64,000 nt of DNA from Anaeromyxobacteraceae bacterium (GTDB lineage: Bacteria; Myxococcota; Myxococcia; Myxococcales; Anaeromyxobacteraceae), in assembly GCA_047602405.1 (NCBI GenBank), contig JASGHJ010000002.1:1280001-1344000 (forward strand), given 5' to 3'. A program made the translations under genes and the position numbers. The notes under the pieces are model-generated. The model was not told the origin of the DNA and did no database searches. It worked only from the letters and a program-made list of their open reading frames with translations. This document shows, piece by piece, positions 10,971-23,368 of this stretch. Each line of letters starts with the position of its first letter. Position 1 is the first letter of the stretch.

Positions 10971-11913
10971 GTGGAGGACAGCGTGGCCGAGGAGAAGAAG
11001 GGCATCGAGGAGGGGGCGCTCGCGCCGGTCGTCGAGGCGCTGTGCCGCGAGGCGACCCGGCTGTCCGGCTTCGCCGCCGACGGCCGCATGGCGCTGCCCT
11101 CGCGGGACGCGGTGATCGGCGTGGTCGAGGACCTCCGCTCCGTGCTGTTCCCGGGCTACTTCGGCACGAGCGACCTCCACGACGAGAGCCTCCACTACTT
11201 CATCGGCGCGACGCTCGCCCGCGCGCTGCGCGCGCTCGAGGCGCAGATCCGCCGCGGCATCGCCTTCGCCGAGCGGCACGACGCGGACACCTGCGGTCAC
11301 TGCGCCGAGCTCGCGACCCGCACGACGCGCGCCTTCCTCGCCCGCCTGCCCGACGTGCGGCGCCTCGCGGCCTCCGACGTCGAGGCCGCCTACGAGGGCG
11401 ACCCCGCGCTCAAGACCCGCGACGAGGCGATCTTCGCGTACCCCGGCATCTTCGCGGTGACGAACCAGCGGCTCGCCCACGAGCTTCTTCGCGATGGACG
11501 TGCCGCTCATCCCGCGCATCATCACCGAGCACGCGCACAGCATCACCGGGATCGACGTCCACCCGGGCGCGCGCATCGGCGAGAAGTTCTTCATCGACCA
11601 CGGCACCGGCGTCGTCATCGGGGAGACCGCGGTCATCGGCAACCGGGTCCGCATCTACCAGGGCGTCACCCTGGGCGCGAAGAGCTTCCCCCTCGACGCG
11701 CAGGGCAACCCGATCAAGGGCGTCGACCGCCACCCCATCGTCGAGGACGACGTGGTGATCTACGCCGGCGCCACCATCCTCGGCCGCATCGTCATCGGCC
11801 GCGGCTCGTCGATCGGCGGCAACGTGTGGGTGACCCAGAGCGTGGCCCCGAACTCCCGGGTCACGCAGGTCCAGGCGCGCGAGGCCCCGTTCGGCGACGG
11901 CGGCGGCATATAG
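10971..11913 (+). CDS. cysE: Serine O-acetyltransferase (EpsC/CysE type; apparent +1 frameshift near 11486)
   Basis: AAYEGDPA...AYPG in the first frame. [43 protein letters not shown] hexapeptide repeats in the second frame. Confidence 0.9.
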
Positions 11914-11940
11914 AACGCAGTTCCCCCTCCAGGAGGCACC

Positions 11941-12588
11941 TTGGCTCACCATCCGTGGCACGACGTGGAGCTTCCCCGCTACATCGAGGAGCCGATCCCG
12001 GCGATCATCGAGATCTCGACCGGCTCGAAGGTGAAGTACGAGCTCGACAAGAAGTCCGGGCTCCTCCTCGTCGACCGCATCCTCTTCTCGTCGGTCCACT
12101 ACCCGGCGAACTACGGCTTCGTGCCGCGCACCTACTGCGACGACGGCGACCCGCTCGACATCCTGGTGCTCTGCTCCGAGCCCATCCAGCCGCTCTCGAT
12201 CATGCGCGCGAAGCTCATCGGCGTGATGAAGATGCGCGACGAGAAGGGCGAGGACGACAAGCTCATCGCCGTGCACGCCGACGACCCGAACTACCAGGAG
12301 TACGGCGACGTCTCGGAGATCCCGGCCCACCGCCTGCGCGAGCTGAAGCGCTTCTTCGAGGACTACAAGACCCTCGAGCACAAGAAGGTCGAGGTCGCCG
12401 AGCCGCAGGGCCGCTCCGCCGCGCTCCAGGTCCTGCGCGACGCGATCAAGCTCTACGATCAGGAGATCGACCGGCTCGTGGGCGTCCCCGCCGACGGCCC
12501 CCCGAAGCCGCGCTCGAAGGACCGCAAGCCCGTGAAGGGCGCGAAGGCCGCGAAGGCGGCGAAGCCGGCGAAGGGCAAGCGCGGGTAG
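11941..12588 (+). CDS. ppa: Inorganic pyrophosphatase (family I) with Lys/Ala-rich tail
   Basis: KYELDK, YPANYGFVP, DGDPLD, DDKLIAV. RBS AGGAGG before TTG start. Confidence 0.95.
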   Translation: MAHHPWHDVELPRYIEEPIPAIIEISTGSKVKYELDKKSGLLLVDRILFSSVHYPANYGFVPRTYCDDGDPLDILVLCSEPIQPLSIMRAKLIGVMKMRDEKGEDDKLIAVHADDPNYQEYGDVSEIPAHRLRELKRFFEDYKTLEHKKVEVAEPQGRSAALQVLRDAIKLYDQEIDRLVGVPADGPPKPRSKDRKPVKGAKAAKAAKPAKGKRG

Positions 12589-12643
12589 GGCAGCACCGGG
12601 CGGCGTCGCGAACCCTCTCGCCGCCGCCCGGCTCTCACGGGCG

Positions 12644-12856
12644 ATGCCGATCTACGAGTACGCCTGCACCCCCTGTGCGAGGTCCTTCGAGGAGCTCGTG
12701 ATCCGCAAGAGCGACGAGGCCGAGGTCCGCTGCCCGACCTGCGGCAGCCCGGACGTCGCCCGCCAGATGTCCCGGCCCGCCTCGGTGGGCGGCGGCGGGG
12801 GCGGGGAGCCGTACGGCGGCGGGCGCTCCGCGCCCTCCTGCGGCCCGATCGGTTGA
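12644..12856 (+). CDS. FmdB family zinc-ribbon protein
   Basis: MPIYEYACxxC...CPTCGS. Confidence 0.9.
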   Translation: MPIYEYACTPCARSFEELVIRKSDEAEVRCPTCGSPDVARQMSRPASVGGGGGGEPYGGGRSAPSCGPIG

Positions 12857-13005
12857 GGCATCTGACCCCTCGCCCGGTCGGGCGAGTCGCGCAGGGCCGC
12901 GCGGGCCGCCCGGCAACATCGGGCGAAATCGGGCTCACCCGCGCCCACATCCCGGCGGCCCGCCGCGCACTTCGGCGCGCCGACCGCCCGGGGTAGACTC
13001 CGCGC

Positions 13006-14837
<1,832 letters not shown>

Positions 14838-14841
<4 letters not shown>

Positions 14842-16364
14842 ACACGCTCGCGCGCGAGATCGCGGAGCTCTGGTCGGCGGGCACCCCGCTCGTCTACGTC
14901 GTCACCAGCGAAGAGGACCGGGCGGTCGCCACCTGCCGCGCCGCCGCGGCGGGCTTCGGCGCGCGCTGCGCGGTCTGGTCGAGCTTCCGCGGCCTCGAGG
15001 GCATCGCCCCGGCCGCGAAGGACGCCCCGGCGCTGCTCGACGCCGTGCTGCGCGCCCCGGCGCCGATCCTGGTCGCCGCGCTCGATCTCCACGTCGCGCT
15101 CGCCGATCCCGCGGTCGCGCGCCAGCTGCGCGACGCCTTCCCGAAGCTGGCCGCGGAGGGGCGTTGCCTCGTCGTGGTCGCGCCCCGGCTCGCGCTGCCC
15201 GACGGCCTGGCCTCGGAGGCGGCGGTGCTGCGCCTCCCGCTGCCCGACGACGAGGAGCTCGCGGCGGTGCTCGAGCGCGTGCTCGCCGGGATGGGCCCCG
15301 CCGCCCAGGCGAAGGGCCAGCCGGCGCCGCCGCTGGCCCCGGAGCTCCGGCACCGCGCGCTCGTCGCGGCGCGGGGGCTCTCGGAGGCCCAGGCCCGCCG
15401 CGCCTTCACCCGCGCGCTGCGCGCCGACCCGGCGTTCGGCCACGCCGGCCAGGCGGTGATCGCCGCGGAGAAGAAGCGGCTCCTCGCCCGCGACCTCGGC
15501 CTCGAGCTCGTGGAGAGCGCGGAGACCCCCGAGGACCTCGGCGGCCTGCCCGCGTTCAAGCAGTGGATGGACGAGCGCGCGCTCGCCTTCGACGCCGACG
15601 CCTCGCGCTACGGCCTGCCGCCCCCGCGCGGCGTGCTGCTCGTGGGCGTGCAGGGCTGCGGGAAGTCGCTCGCCGCGAAGGCGGCGGCGGCCCGGCTCGG
15701 CGTGCCGATCCTCCGGCTCGACCTCCCGCGCGTGCTCGGCGGGGCGGGGCAGGCCGAGGAGCGGCTCGCCCTCGCGCTCGAGGCGGCGGAGGCGCTCTCG
15801 CCGGTGGCGCTGTGGGTGGACGAGATCGAGAAGGGCTTCGCGGGCAGCTCGCCGTCCGACGGGGCCGATCCCCGCGCGGCGCGCCTCCTCGGCGCGTTCT
15901 CGACCTGGCTGCAGGAGCGGCGCGGACCGGTGTTCGTGGTCGCGACCGCGAACGACGTGTCCCGGCTGCCGCCCGAGCTGTTGCGCCGCGGCCGCTTCGA
16001 CGAGCTGTTCTTCGTGGACCTGCCCGACCCGGAGGCACGGCGGGAGATCCTCGAGCTGCACCTCCGGCGCCGCGGCCGCGCGCCGGAGGGGCTCGACGTC
16101 GGCGCCATCGCCGAGCTCACCGGGGACTACTCCGGCGCGGAGCTCGAGCAGATCGTGGTCGGCGGGCTCCACCGCGCGTACGCGCTCGGCCGCGAGGTCG
16201 AGACCGGGGACCTCCGCCGCGTGGCGCAGGATCTCGTGCCGCTGTTCCGGACCTACGAGGAGCAGATCAAGGCGCTCCGCGAGTGGTCGCGCGGGCGCGC
16301 CCGGGTGGCCGGCCGCGCCGGCGCGGTGGTGGATCTCTTCCGGCGCGCGACGCAGGGTGCCTGA
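14838..16364 (+). CDS. AAA ATPase, Ycf46-like
   Basis: GTGA overlap with upstream stop. PRGVLLVGVQGCGKS, LWVDEIEKGF, TWLQE...FVVATAN, PPELLRRGRFDELFFVDLP. Confidence 0.88.
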
Positions 16365-16366
16365 CC

Positions 16367-18439
16367 GTGGCGAGCGGCGACCCGAGGCCCGGGAAGCCGT
16401 TCCCGCTCGGCGCCGCGCCGACGCCCGAGGGCACGAACTTCTCGGTCTGGGCCCGCGACGCGGCCCGGCTCGAGCTGTGCCTGTTCGACCGGGCGGAGGA
16501 CGCGCGCCCGAGCCGGGTGGTCGCGCTCGATCCGCGCCAGCACCGCACCTACCACTACTGGCACGTGTTCCTGCCGGGCGTGGGCGCCGGCCAGCGCTAC
16601 GGCTGGCGGGCGCACGGGCCGTTCGACCCCGCCCACGGCCTGCGCTTCGACGGGGAGAAGCTGCTCCTCGATCCCTACGGCCGGGCGGTGGACCTGCCGC
16701 CCACCTACGACCGGCAGGCGGCCGCCGCCCGCGGCGACAACGCGGGCAAGGCCATGAAGTCGGTGGTGGCCGACCTCTCGCGCTACGACTGGGAGGGCGA
16801 CGAGCCGCTGCGCCGGCCCTTCGTGCGGACGGTCGTGTACGAGGCGCACGTGCGCGGCTTCACGCGCCACCCGGGCTCGGGCGTGGCCGAGGCGCGGCGC
16901 GGCACCTACGCCGGCTTCGTCGAGAAGCTCCCGCACCTCGTGGCGCTCGGGGTCACGGCGGTGGAGCTGTTGCCGGTGTTCGCCTTCGATCCGCAGGACG
17001 CGCCGGCCGGGCGGACCAACTACTGGGGCTACTCGCCGGTGTCGCTCTTCGCGCCGCACCCGGGCTACGCGGTGGGCGGCGACCCGCTCGGCGCGGTCGA
17101 CGAGCTCAGGGACCTCGTGAAGGCCTGCCACCGGGCGGGCCTCGAGGTGATCCTCGACGTCGTCTACAACCACACCGCCGAGGGCGACGAGCACGGCCCC
17201 ACGCTCTCCTGGCGCGGCCTCGACAACCGCTCCTACTACCTGCTCGACCAGGACTGGTCGAGGTACGCGAACTACACCGGGACCGGCAACACGCTGAAGG
17301 CCCACCACCCGACGGTGCGCCGGCTCATCCTCGACTCGCTCCGCCACTGGGCCTGCGACCTCCACGTCGACGGCTTCCGCTTCGACCTCGCCTCGATCCT
17401 CTCGCGCGACGAGGCGGGCAACCCGCTCGCCGACGCGCCCATCGTGTGGGAGATCGAGAGCGAGCCCGTGCTCGCCGGGACGAAGCTCATCGCCGAGGCC
17501 TGGGACGCGGCCGGCATGTACCAGGTCGGCCGCTGGGTCGGGGACGCCTGGAAGGAGTGGAACGGACGGTTCCGCGACGACGTCCGCGACTTCGTGCGCG
17601 GCGCGCCGGGCACCGTGAGCCGGTTCGCGAACCGGCTCGTCGCGAGCCCCGACCTCTACGAGCAGGAGGCGCGCGAGCCCGAGCAGAGCGTCAACTTCGT
17701 CACCTGCCACGACGGCTTCACCCTCGAGGATCTCGTCTCGTACGACGTGAAGCACAACGAGGCGAACGGGGAGGGGAACCGCGACGGCGCCGACGACAAC
17801 CGCTCCTGGAACTGCGGGGTGGAGGGGCCGAGCGACGACCCCGCGGTGGAGCGGCTGCGCGTGCGGCAACAGAAGAACCTCCTCGCGGTGACCCTGCTCT
17901 CGGCGGGCGTGCCGATGCTCACCATGGGCGACGAGGCCCGCCGCACCCAGCGCGGGAACAACAACGCCTGGTGCCAGGACTCCGAGCTGTCCTGGCTCGA
18001 CTGGTCGCTCATGGAGCGGCACGCCGGGCTGGTCCGCTTCGTGCGCGAGCTCGTGCGGCTGCGCTGCGCGGAGATGCCGCTCGTCGACGCGGGCGCGACC
18101 CTGCGGGAGACGTTCGATCTCTGGAAGGTCGAGTGGCACGGGGTGCGCCTGTGGGCGCCGGACTGGTCGGAGGGGTCGCGCTCCATCGCGATGGGGTTCA
18201 CCTCGCGCGACGGCGACGCGCGCCTGCACGCCATCTTCAACGCCTACTGGGAGCCGCTCTGGTTCGAGCTGCCCCCGGCGCAGCGGGGCTGGCGGCTCCT
18301 CGTCGACACCGCGCTGCCCGCGCCGCACGACGCGCCGGGCTGGGCGGACGGGCCGATGATGCCGGGCCCGACCTACCGGGCCGAGGCGCGCAGCGTCGTG
18401 GTGCTCGGGACGGGCGAGCAGTCCGGTCCCCGGGGCTGA
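16367..18439 (+). CDS. glgX: Glycogen debranching enzyme
   Basis: PLGA...GTNFS, YEAHVRGFT, NYWGYSP, DVVYNHTAEG, DGFRFDLAS, NFVTCHDGFTL. Confidence 0.95.
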   Translation: MASGDPRPGKPFPLGAAPTPEGTNFSVWARDAARLELCLFDRAEDARPSRVVALDPRQHRTYHYWHVFLPGVGAGQRYGWRAHGPFDPAHGLRFDGEKLLLDPYGRAVDLPPTYDRQAAAARGDNAGKAMKSVVADLSRYDWEGDEPLRRPFVRTVVYEAHVRGFTRHPGSGVAEARRGTYAGFVEKLPHLVALGVTAVELLPVFAFDPQDAPAGRTNYWGYSPVSLFAPHPGYAVGGDPLGAVDELRDLVKACHRAGLEVILDVVYNHTAEGDEHGPTLSWRGLDNRSYYLLDQDWSRYANYTGTGNTLKAHHPTVRRLILDSLRHWACDLHVDGFRFDLASILSRDEAGNPLADAPIVWEIESEPVLAGTKLIAEAWDAAGMYQVGRWVGDAWKEWNGRFRDDVRDFVRGAPGTVSRFANRLVASPDLYEQEAREPEQSVNFVTCHDGFTLEDLVSYDVKHNEANGEGNRDGADDNRSWNCGVEGPSDDPAVERLRVRQQKNLLAVTLLSAGVPMLTMGDEARRTQRGNNNAWCQDSELSWLDWSLMERHAGLVRFVRELVRLRCAEMPLVDAGATLRETFDLWKVEWHGVRLWAPDWSEGSRSIAMGFTSRDGDARLHAIFNAYWEPLWFELPPAQRGWRLLVDTALPAPHDAPGWADGPMMPGPTYRAEARSVVVLGTGEQSGPRG

Positions 18440-18480
18440 GGCGGCTCCCCCGCGCCGCCGGCCGACGCTAGGATGGGGCG

Positions 18481-19146
18481 ATGCCCCCCTTCACGTTCCG
18501 CCCGCTGACGCCCGACCGCTGGCCGGACCTCGAGCGCCTGTTCGGCCCGAACGGCGCCTGCGAGGGCTGCTGGTGCACCTTCTTCCGGTACCCGAAGCCG
18601 GAGTGGCGCACCGGGAAGGGGGAGGGGAACCGCGCGCGGCAGCGCGCGTACGTGGACGCGGGCCACGTGCCCGGGCTCCTCGCGTACGACGGCGACGCGC
18701 CGGTGGGCTGGGTGGCGGTCGAGCCGCGCGAGGCCTACCCGGTCGTGCTCGCCTCGCGGCTCACGCGGCCGGGGCCCGGGCGCGAGGCCGGGGGCACGTG
18801 GGCCATCACGTGCTTCTACGCCCCGCGGGCCTCCCGCGGCCGCGGGCTCATGCGCGCCCTCGTCGACGCGGCGGTCGCGCACGCGCGGGCGGGGGGCGCC
18901 GCGCGCGTGGAGGCGTACCCGGTCGATCCCGACGGCCGCACCGACGCGGGCGCGCTCTACCACGGCCACGCGCGCGTCTTCCGCGCCGCCGGGTTCCGCG
19001 TGCTCGGGCGGCCGTCCCCGGCCCGCGCGATCGTGGTGCGCGAGCTCAGCGCCCCGCGAGGCCGGCGAGCACCCGCTCGTGCACGAGCCCGTTCGACGCC
19101 ACGCACGCGCCGGAGCCGATCGTCGCCTTCCCGTCGAAGTCGGTGA
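18481..19146 (+). CDS. GNAT family N-acetyltransferase
   Basis: CWC motif, WAITCF, RGRGLMRAL, VEAYP. 3' end overlaps the convergent gene. Confidence 0.8.
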   Translation: MPPFTFRPLTPDRWPDLERLFGPNGACEGCWCTFFRYPKPEWRTGKGEGNRARQRAYVDAGHVPGLLAYDGDAPVGWVAVEPREAYPVVLASRLTRPGPGREAGGTWAITCFYAPRASRGRGLMRALVDAAVAHARAGGAARVEAYPVDPDGRTDAGALYHGHARVFRAAGFRVLGRPSPARAIVVRELSAPRGRRAPARARARSTPRTRRSRSSPSRRSR

Positions 19147-19837
19147 ACCGGCCGCCGGCCTCCTCGACGAGGATCTTGAGCGGCCCGAGGTCCCACACCT
19201 GCACGCCGGCCTCGACCCACGCCTCGGCCTGGCCCTTCAGCACGAGCGCGCACCCGGCGATGTCGCCGTAGCAGCGCGCGGTCTGCGCCGTGAGCGCGAG
19301 CGCGGCGACGCGCTCGAGGTACGGCGGGCGGAAGAGCACGTGCGGCTCGCCGAGCGAGAGGGTCGCGTCCTCCCACGCCGAGATCGCGGAGACCCGCAGG
19401 CGCGCCGGCTCGCCGTCCCCCGTCCTCAGCCACGCGCCGTGGCCCTTCGCCGCCCAGTAGGTCTCGCCGAGCGGCGGCAGCGCCATCGCCCCCGCGACGA
19501 TCTCGCCCTCGACCTCGAGCGCGACGAGCGGGCCCCAGAAGCCGCGGCCGCGGGTGAAGCCCTTCGTGCCGTCGACCGGGTCGACGATCCAGCGCGCGGG
19601 CGCCGTGCCGGCGCGCGCGCCGGTCTCCTCGCCGAGGAAGCCGTGGTCGGGGAAGGCCGCGGCGACCACCCGCTGCACCGCGGCCTCGGCCTCGCGATCG
19701 GCGATCGTCACCGGCGTGCGGTCGGGCTTCTTCTCGACGCGCACGCCCTTCTGGAAGTGGACCATGGCGGCGGCGGAGGCGGCCTCCGCGGCGCGGCGGG
19801 CGACGTCCATGGCGTGGGCGAGGTCGAGGGGGCTCAT
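19046..19837 (-). CDS. hisN: Inositol monophosphatase family / histidinol-phosphatase
   Basis: KPDRTPVTIADR, GEE, WIVDPVDGT, WDLGP. Confidence 0.8.
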   Translation of the reverse strand: MSPLDLAHAMDVARRAAEAASAAAMVHFQKGVRVEKKPDRTPVTIADREAEAAVQRVVAAAFPDHGFLGEETGARAGTAPARWIVDPVDGTKGFTRGRGFWGPLVALEVEGEIVAGAMALPPLGETYWAAKGHGAWLRTGDGEPARLRVSAISAWEDATLSLGEPHVLFRPPYLERVAALALTAQTARCYGDIAGCALVLKGQAEAWVEAGVQVWDLGPLKILVEEAGGRFTDFDGKATIGSGACVASNGLVHERVLAGLAGR

Positions 19838-20072
19838 GGCGCGAGTCTAGTCGAGATCGGCGCGCCCGAGCGGCGACCGAGCGTGCCGGCGCCCCCGGCG
19901 TGACCGAGGGTGATCCCGCCGGCCGTGCGGCGAGTCCCGCTCGCTGCTCGGCGCGGCCCGGCGCCGGATCCGCCCGGCCGCGGCGGAATGCCCGCGGCTA
20001 CCTTCCACTCGAGCCCTGACCCGCGCGAGCGCCGCCTGCCCGTGCGGGGTCCAGCGGCCGAACGGAGGAACC

Positions 20073-23000
20073 ATGAAGCGAGCCCTGACGTGCCTCGCGC
20101 GCCTCGCCACCCTCGTGCTCGTCACGGGGACGGCGTCGGCGCAGACCACCGGCACCCTGATCGGCGTCGTGACCGACGCGGCGACGGGGAAGCCCGTCGC
20201 CGGCGCCGTCGTCATCGCCACGAGCCCCGCCCTCCAGGGCGAGCAGACGGCGGTGACCGACGGCAACGGCAACTACCGCATCACGCTCCTGCCCCCGGGC
20301 GAGTACAAGCTCTCGGTCCAGCTCGAGGGGTTCAAGCCCTCCGAGCGGGCGGACATCCGCCTGTCGATGGACAAGGTCCTCCGCGCCAACCTGGCCGTCG
20401 TCCCCGAGGCCGTGCAGATGGAGGAGCAGCTCGTGCGCACCGGCACGGCGCCGGTGGTGAACGTGGGCTCCGCCGAGGCGGGGGCGGTCATCTCGAGCGA
20501 GTTCGTCTCCTCGGTGCCGATCGGGCGCAACTTCGAGCAGATCGCGCTGGTCGCCCCGACCGCCACCGCCGACGCGTTCGGCACGAGCTTCGCGGGCGCG
20601 GGCTCCCCCGAGAACGCCTACATCCTCGACGGCCTCACCGTGAGCGACCCGACCTTCGGGAACAACAACGCGCTCATGCTCTCGAACTTCGTCCAGGAGA
20701 TCGACGTCAAGACCGGGAACTTCTCGGCCGAGTACGGCCGCGCGACCGGCGGCGTGGTGAACGTGGTCACGAAGTCGGGCTCGAACGAGCTCCACGGCTC
20801 TGTGTTCGGGAACTTCTCGCCCTCGTGGCTCGTGCAGCCGGACGGCAAGGTCGGCGGCAACGACGGCGAGGCGATCGGGTTCCGGTCGACCCCGCGCAAG
20901 GGCGACCTCGACCTCGACTTCGGCTTCGAGGTGGGCGGCCCGATCATGAAGGACCGGCTCTGGTTCTTCGCCGGGTTCGCGCCGGTGCTCACCGAGCGGA
21001 ACGGCGACCGCTTCTACCGGGCGAACGTGCTCGACGGGAGCGGGAACATGCAGCGCGACGCGGACGGGTTCGTGGTGAACCAGAAGATCCAGGGCACCGA
21101 CCAGTACTACAAGGCCACCACCACGACCTACCAGTTCGCCGGGAAGCTCACGTTCCTCGTCGACGAGAACAACCAGCTCTCCGCCTCGGCGTACGGCACC
21201 CCCACGAACGGCACGACCATCAACTCGGTCCTGGGCGAGTCGACGCGGCGGTACCTCGACACCGACACCGGCTCGACGAACGGCCTCGCCCGGTACGCCG
21301 GCAAGTTCCTCGACAAGCGGCTCATCGTGGAGGGGCTCGTCGGCTACCACCGGTCGGCGGTGAACGACCGGACCACCGGCCCCGGCCGCACGCTGCCCCA
21401 GATCCAGTGGCGGCAGCCGACCCAGCTCACCGCGTTCAACGTCGCGGCCTCGGACGGCAAGGTCTACGAGCCGCTCTCCGCGGCGGCGGTCGCGGCCTGC
21501 TCCGGCGACCCCGACCTCTGCTGGATGACGAACTACACGACGGGCGGCGTGGGCCCGGCGGCGGACTACACCTCCGACCGCCTCAAGACCACCTTCTCGG
21601 CGGCGTACCTCCTCGACGCGTTCGGCTCCCACAACGTGAAGGCGGGCGTCGATCTCGAGCGGATGTCCTACGACGTGACGAAGTGGTACTCGGGCGGCGT
21701 CATCCTGCGCGCCGACTCGGCCACCGCCTCGAACGATCTCACGATGCTGCGCGGCTACGCCCGCGTCCTCGACGACGCCGGCAACCCGGCCCTGACCGGC
21801 AACACGCTCGAGTGGCTCCCGGTCTCGAAGTCGCAGTCGGTCAACAACTCCTTCGCGTACTACGTGCAGGACGCGTGGACCCTGAGGAACACCGGCGTGA
21901 CGCTCCAGGCGGGCCTGAGGCTCGAGACCCAGACCATGGAGGCCACGAACAAGGGCGGCGTGCGCGGGATCGACGTGACGAACATGTGGTCCCCGCGCGT
22001 GCAGGGGGTCTGGGACTTCACCGGCACCGGCCGCGGCAAGCTCGGCGTCGCGTACGGCCGCTTCTACTACGCGATCCCGCTCGACATGGGCGACCGCGCC
22101 TTCGGCAACGAGCAGCAGGCCTCCACGGGCTGGAACTGCGACCAGGCCCTCACGCCTTCCTCGCTCACCCGCGACCCGCGCGCGCAGGCGTCCTGCGCGA
22201 TCGAGGCGGGCTGGGCCGACGGTACGAACGCGTACGCCAACACCGGCGGCATCACGCCCGTCCAGAAGGGCCTGAAGGGCATCTACGACGACCAGTTCGG
22301 CGCACAGCTCGAGTACGAGCTCCTCGCCGACCTCTCGGTCGGGCTCGACTACCAGGGCCGCCGGCAGGGCTCGATGATCGAGGACATGTCGGACGACGAC
22401 GGCACCACCTACTTCATCGCGAACCCGGGGCAGGGGAACCCGTTCCCCGCCACCTACCTGCCGGGCACCGCGAACTCCTTCACGGTCACGAAGAACCCGA
22501 AGGAGGTCACCGCGCTCGACACGTTCACCCGCCGCACCGTGAACGTGAAGATGCCGGCGCCGGTCCGCGACTACGACGCCCTCACCTTCAAGCTCACGAA
22601 GCAGTTCTCGAAGAACTGGCTCGCGCAGGCCTCGTACACGTACTCCTCGCTGGTGGGGAACGTGGCGGGCGTGTTCGATCCCATCACCGGCCAGCTGGAC
22701 CCCGGCATCAACGCGGAGTACGACCTCGCGACGCTGATGGCCAACAAGAAGGGGCGCCTGCCCGGCGACCGGCCGCACGCGTTCAAGGCGTTCGGCGCCT
22801 ACGGGTTCCAGGTGAACCCGAAGGCACGCCTGACGACCTCGGCGGCGTTCACCGCCACGTCCGGCACGCCGATCGGCGCGAACGGCCGCCACCCGCTCTA
22901 CGGCAACGGGTACGCGTACATCGTGCAGCGCGGCGGCGCGGGGCGCACGCCCTTCAACACCCAGCTCGATCTCGGCGGGCGCTTCGAGTACACGATCACG

Positions 23001-23309
23001 CCCCCGTACGCGGTGAAGGTCTCGGTCGACGTCTTCAACGTGCTCAACACCCAGGACACCCTCGCCCTCGACACGAACTACACGTTCGACAACGTCCAGG
23101 TCGTCTCGAACATCAAGTGCGACACGAACGCGGGCGGGGCGAAGGACCCGATCTCGCACCTGCAGAACGCCTGCCCGCAGCTCAAGTACCTGAAGACCGT
23201 CGACGGGCGCCCCGTCACGGTGAACCCGAGCTACGGCCGGCCGTTCGGCGCCGCGCCGTCGTTCCAGGCGCCGCTCTCGCTGCGGATCGGCGTGGCGCTG
23301 ACGTTCTGA
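20073..23309 (+). CDS. TonB-dependent receptor (Oar-like)
   Basis: Signal peptide, carboxypeptidase-like N-domain, AEYGRATGGVVNVVTKSGSNE, YYVQDAW, C-terminal ALTF. RBS GGAGG. Confidence 0.92.
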   Translation: MKRALTCLARLATLVLVTGTASAQTTGTLIGVVTDAATGKPVAGAVVIATSPALQGEQTAVTDGNGNYRITLLPPGEYKLSVQLEGFKPSERADIRLSMDKVLRANLAVVPEAVQMEEQLVRTGTAPVVNVGSAEAGAVISSEFVSSVPIGRNFEQIALVAPTATADAFGTSFAGAGSPENAYILDGLTVSDPTFGNNNALMLSNFVQEIDVKTGNFSAEYGRATGGVVNVVTKSGSNELHGSVFGNFSPSWLVQPDGKVGGNDGEAIGFRSTPRKGDLDLDFGFEVGGPIMKDRLWFFAGFAPVLTERNGDRFYRANVLDGSGNMQRDADGFVVNQKIQGTDQYYKATTTTYQFAGKLTFLVDENNQLSASAYGTPTNGTTINSVLGESTRRYLDTDTGSTNGLARYAGKFLDKRLIVEGLVGYHRSAVNDRTTGPGRTLPQIQWRQPTQLTAFNVAASDGKVYEPLSAAAVAACSGDPDLCWMTNYTTGGVGPAADYTSDRLKTTFSAAYLLDAFGSHNVKAGVDLERMSYDVTKWYSGGVILRADSATASNDLTMLRGYARVLDDAGNPALTGNTLEWLPVSKSQSVNNSFAYYVQDAWTLRNTGVTLQAGLRLETQTMEATNKGGVRGIDVTNMWSPRVQGVWDFTGTGRGKLGVAYGRFYYAIPLDMGDRAFGNEQQASTGWNCDQALTPSSLTRDPRAQASCAIEAGWADGTNAYANTGGITPVQKGLKGIYDDQFGAQLEYELLADLSVGLDYQGRRQGSMIEDMSDDDGTTYFIANPGQGNPFPATYLPGTANSFTVTKNPKEVTALDTFTRRTVNVKMPAPVRDYDALTFKLTKQFSKNWLAQASYTYSSLVGNVAGVFDPITGQLDPGINAEYDLATLMANKKGRLPGDRPHAFKAFGAYGFQVNPKARLTTSAAFTATSGTPIGANGRHPLYGNGYAYIVQRGGAGRTPFNTQLDLGGRFEYTITPPYAVKVSVDVFNVLNTQDTLALDTNYTFDNVQVVSNIKCDTNAGGAKDPISHLQNACPQLKYLKTVDGRPVTVNPSYGRPFGAAPSFQAPLSLRIGVALTF

Positions 23310-23368
23310 GCCGCCCGGGTGGCCGGCGGTCCACGCGCCGGGCGGCGCGTGGATCGTCCGGCCAGGGG

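Noticed and set aside
19046..19146. 101-nt convergent overlap of GNAT and hisN
   Set aside because: The GNAT extension looks like non-conserved run-on, common in GC-rich genomes.
19838..20072. Riboswitch upstream of the second TonB-dependent receptor
   Set aside because: No cobalamin, TPP or cyclic-dinucleotide consensus recognisable by eye. An Rfam scan would settle it.
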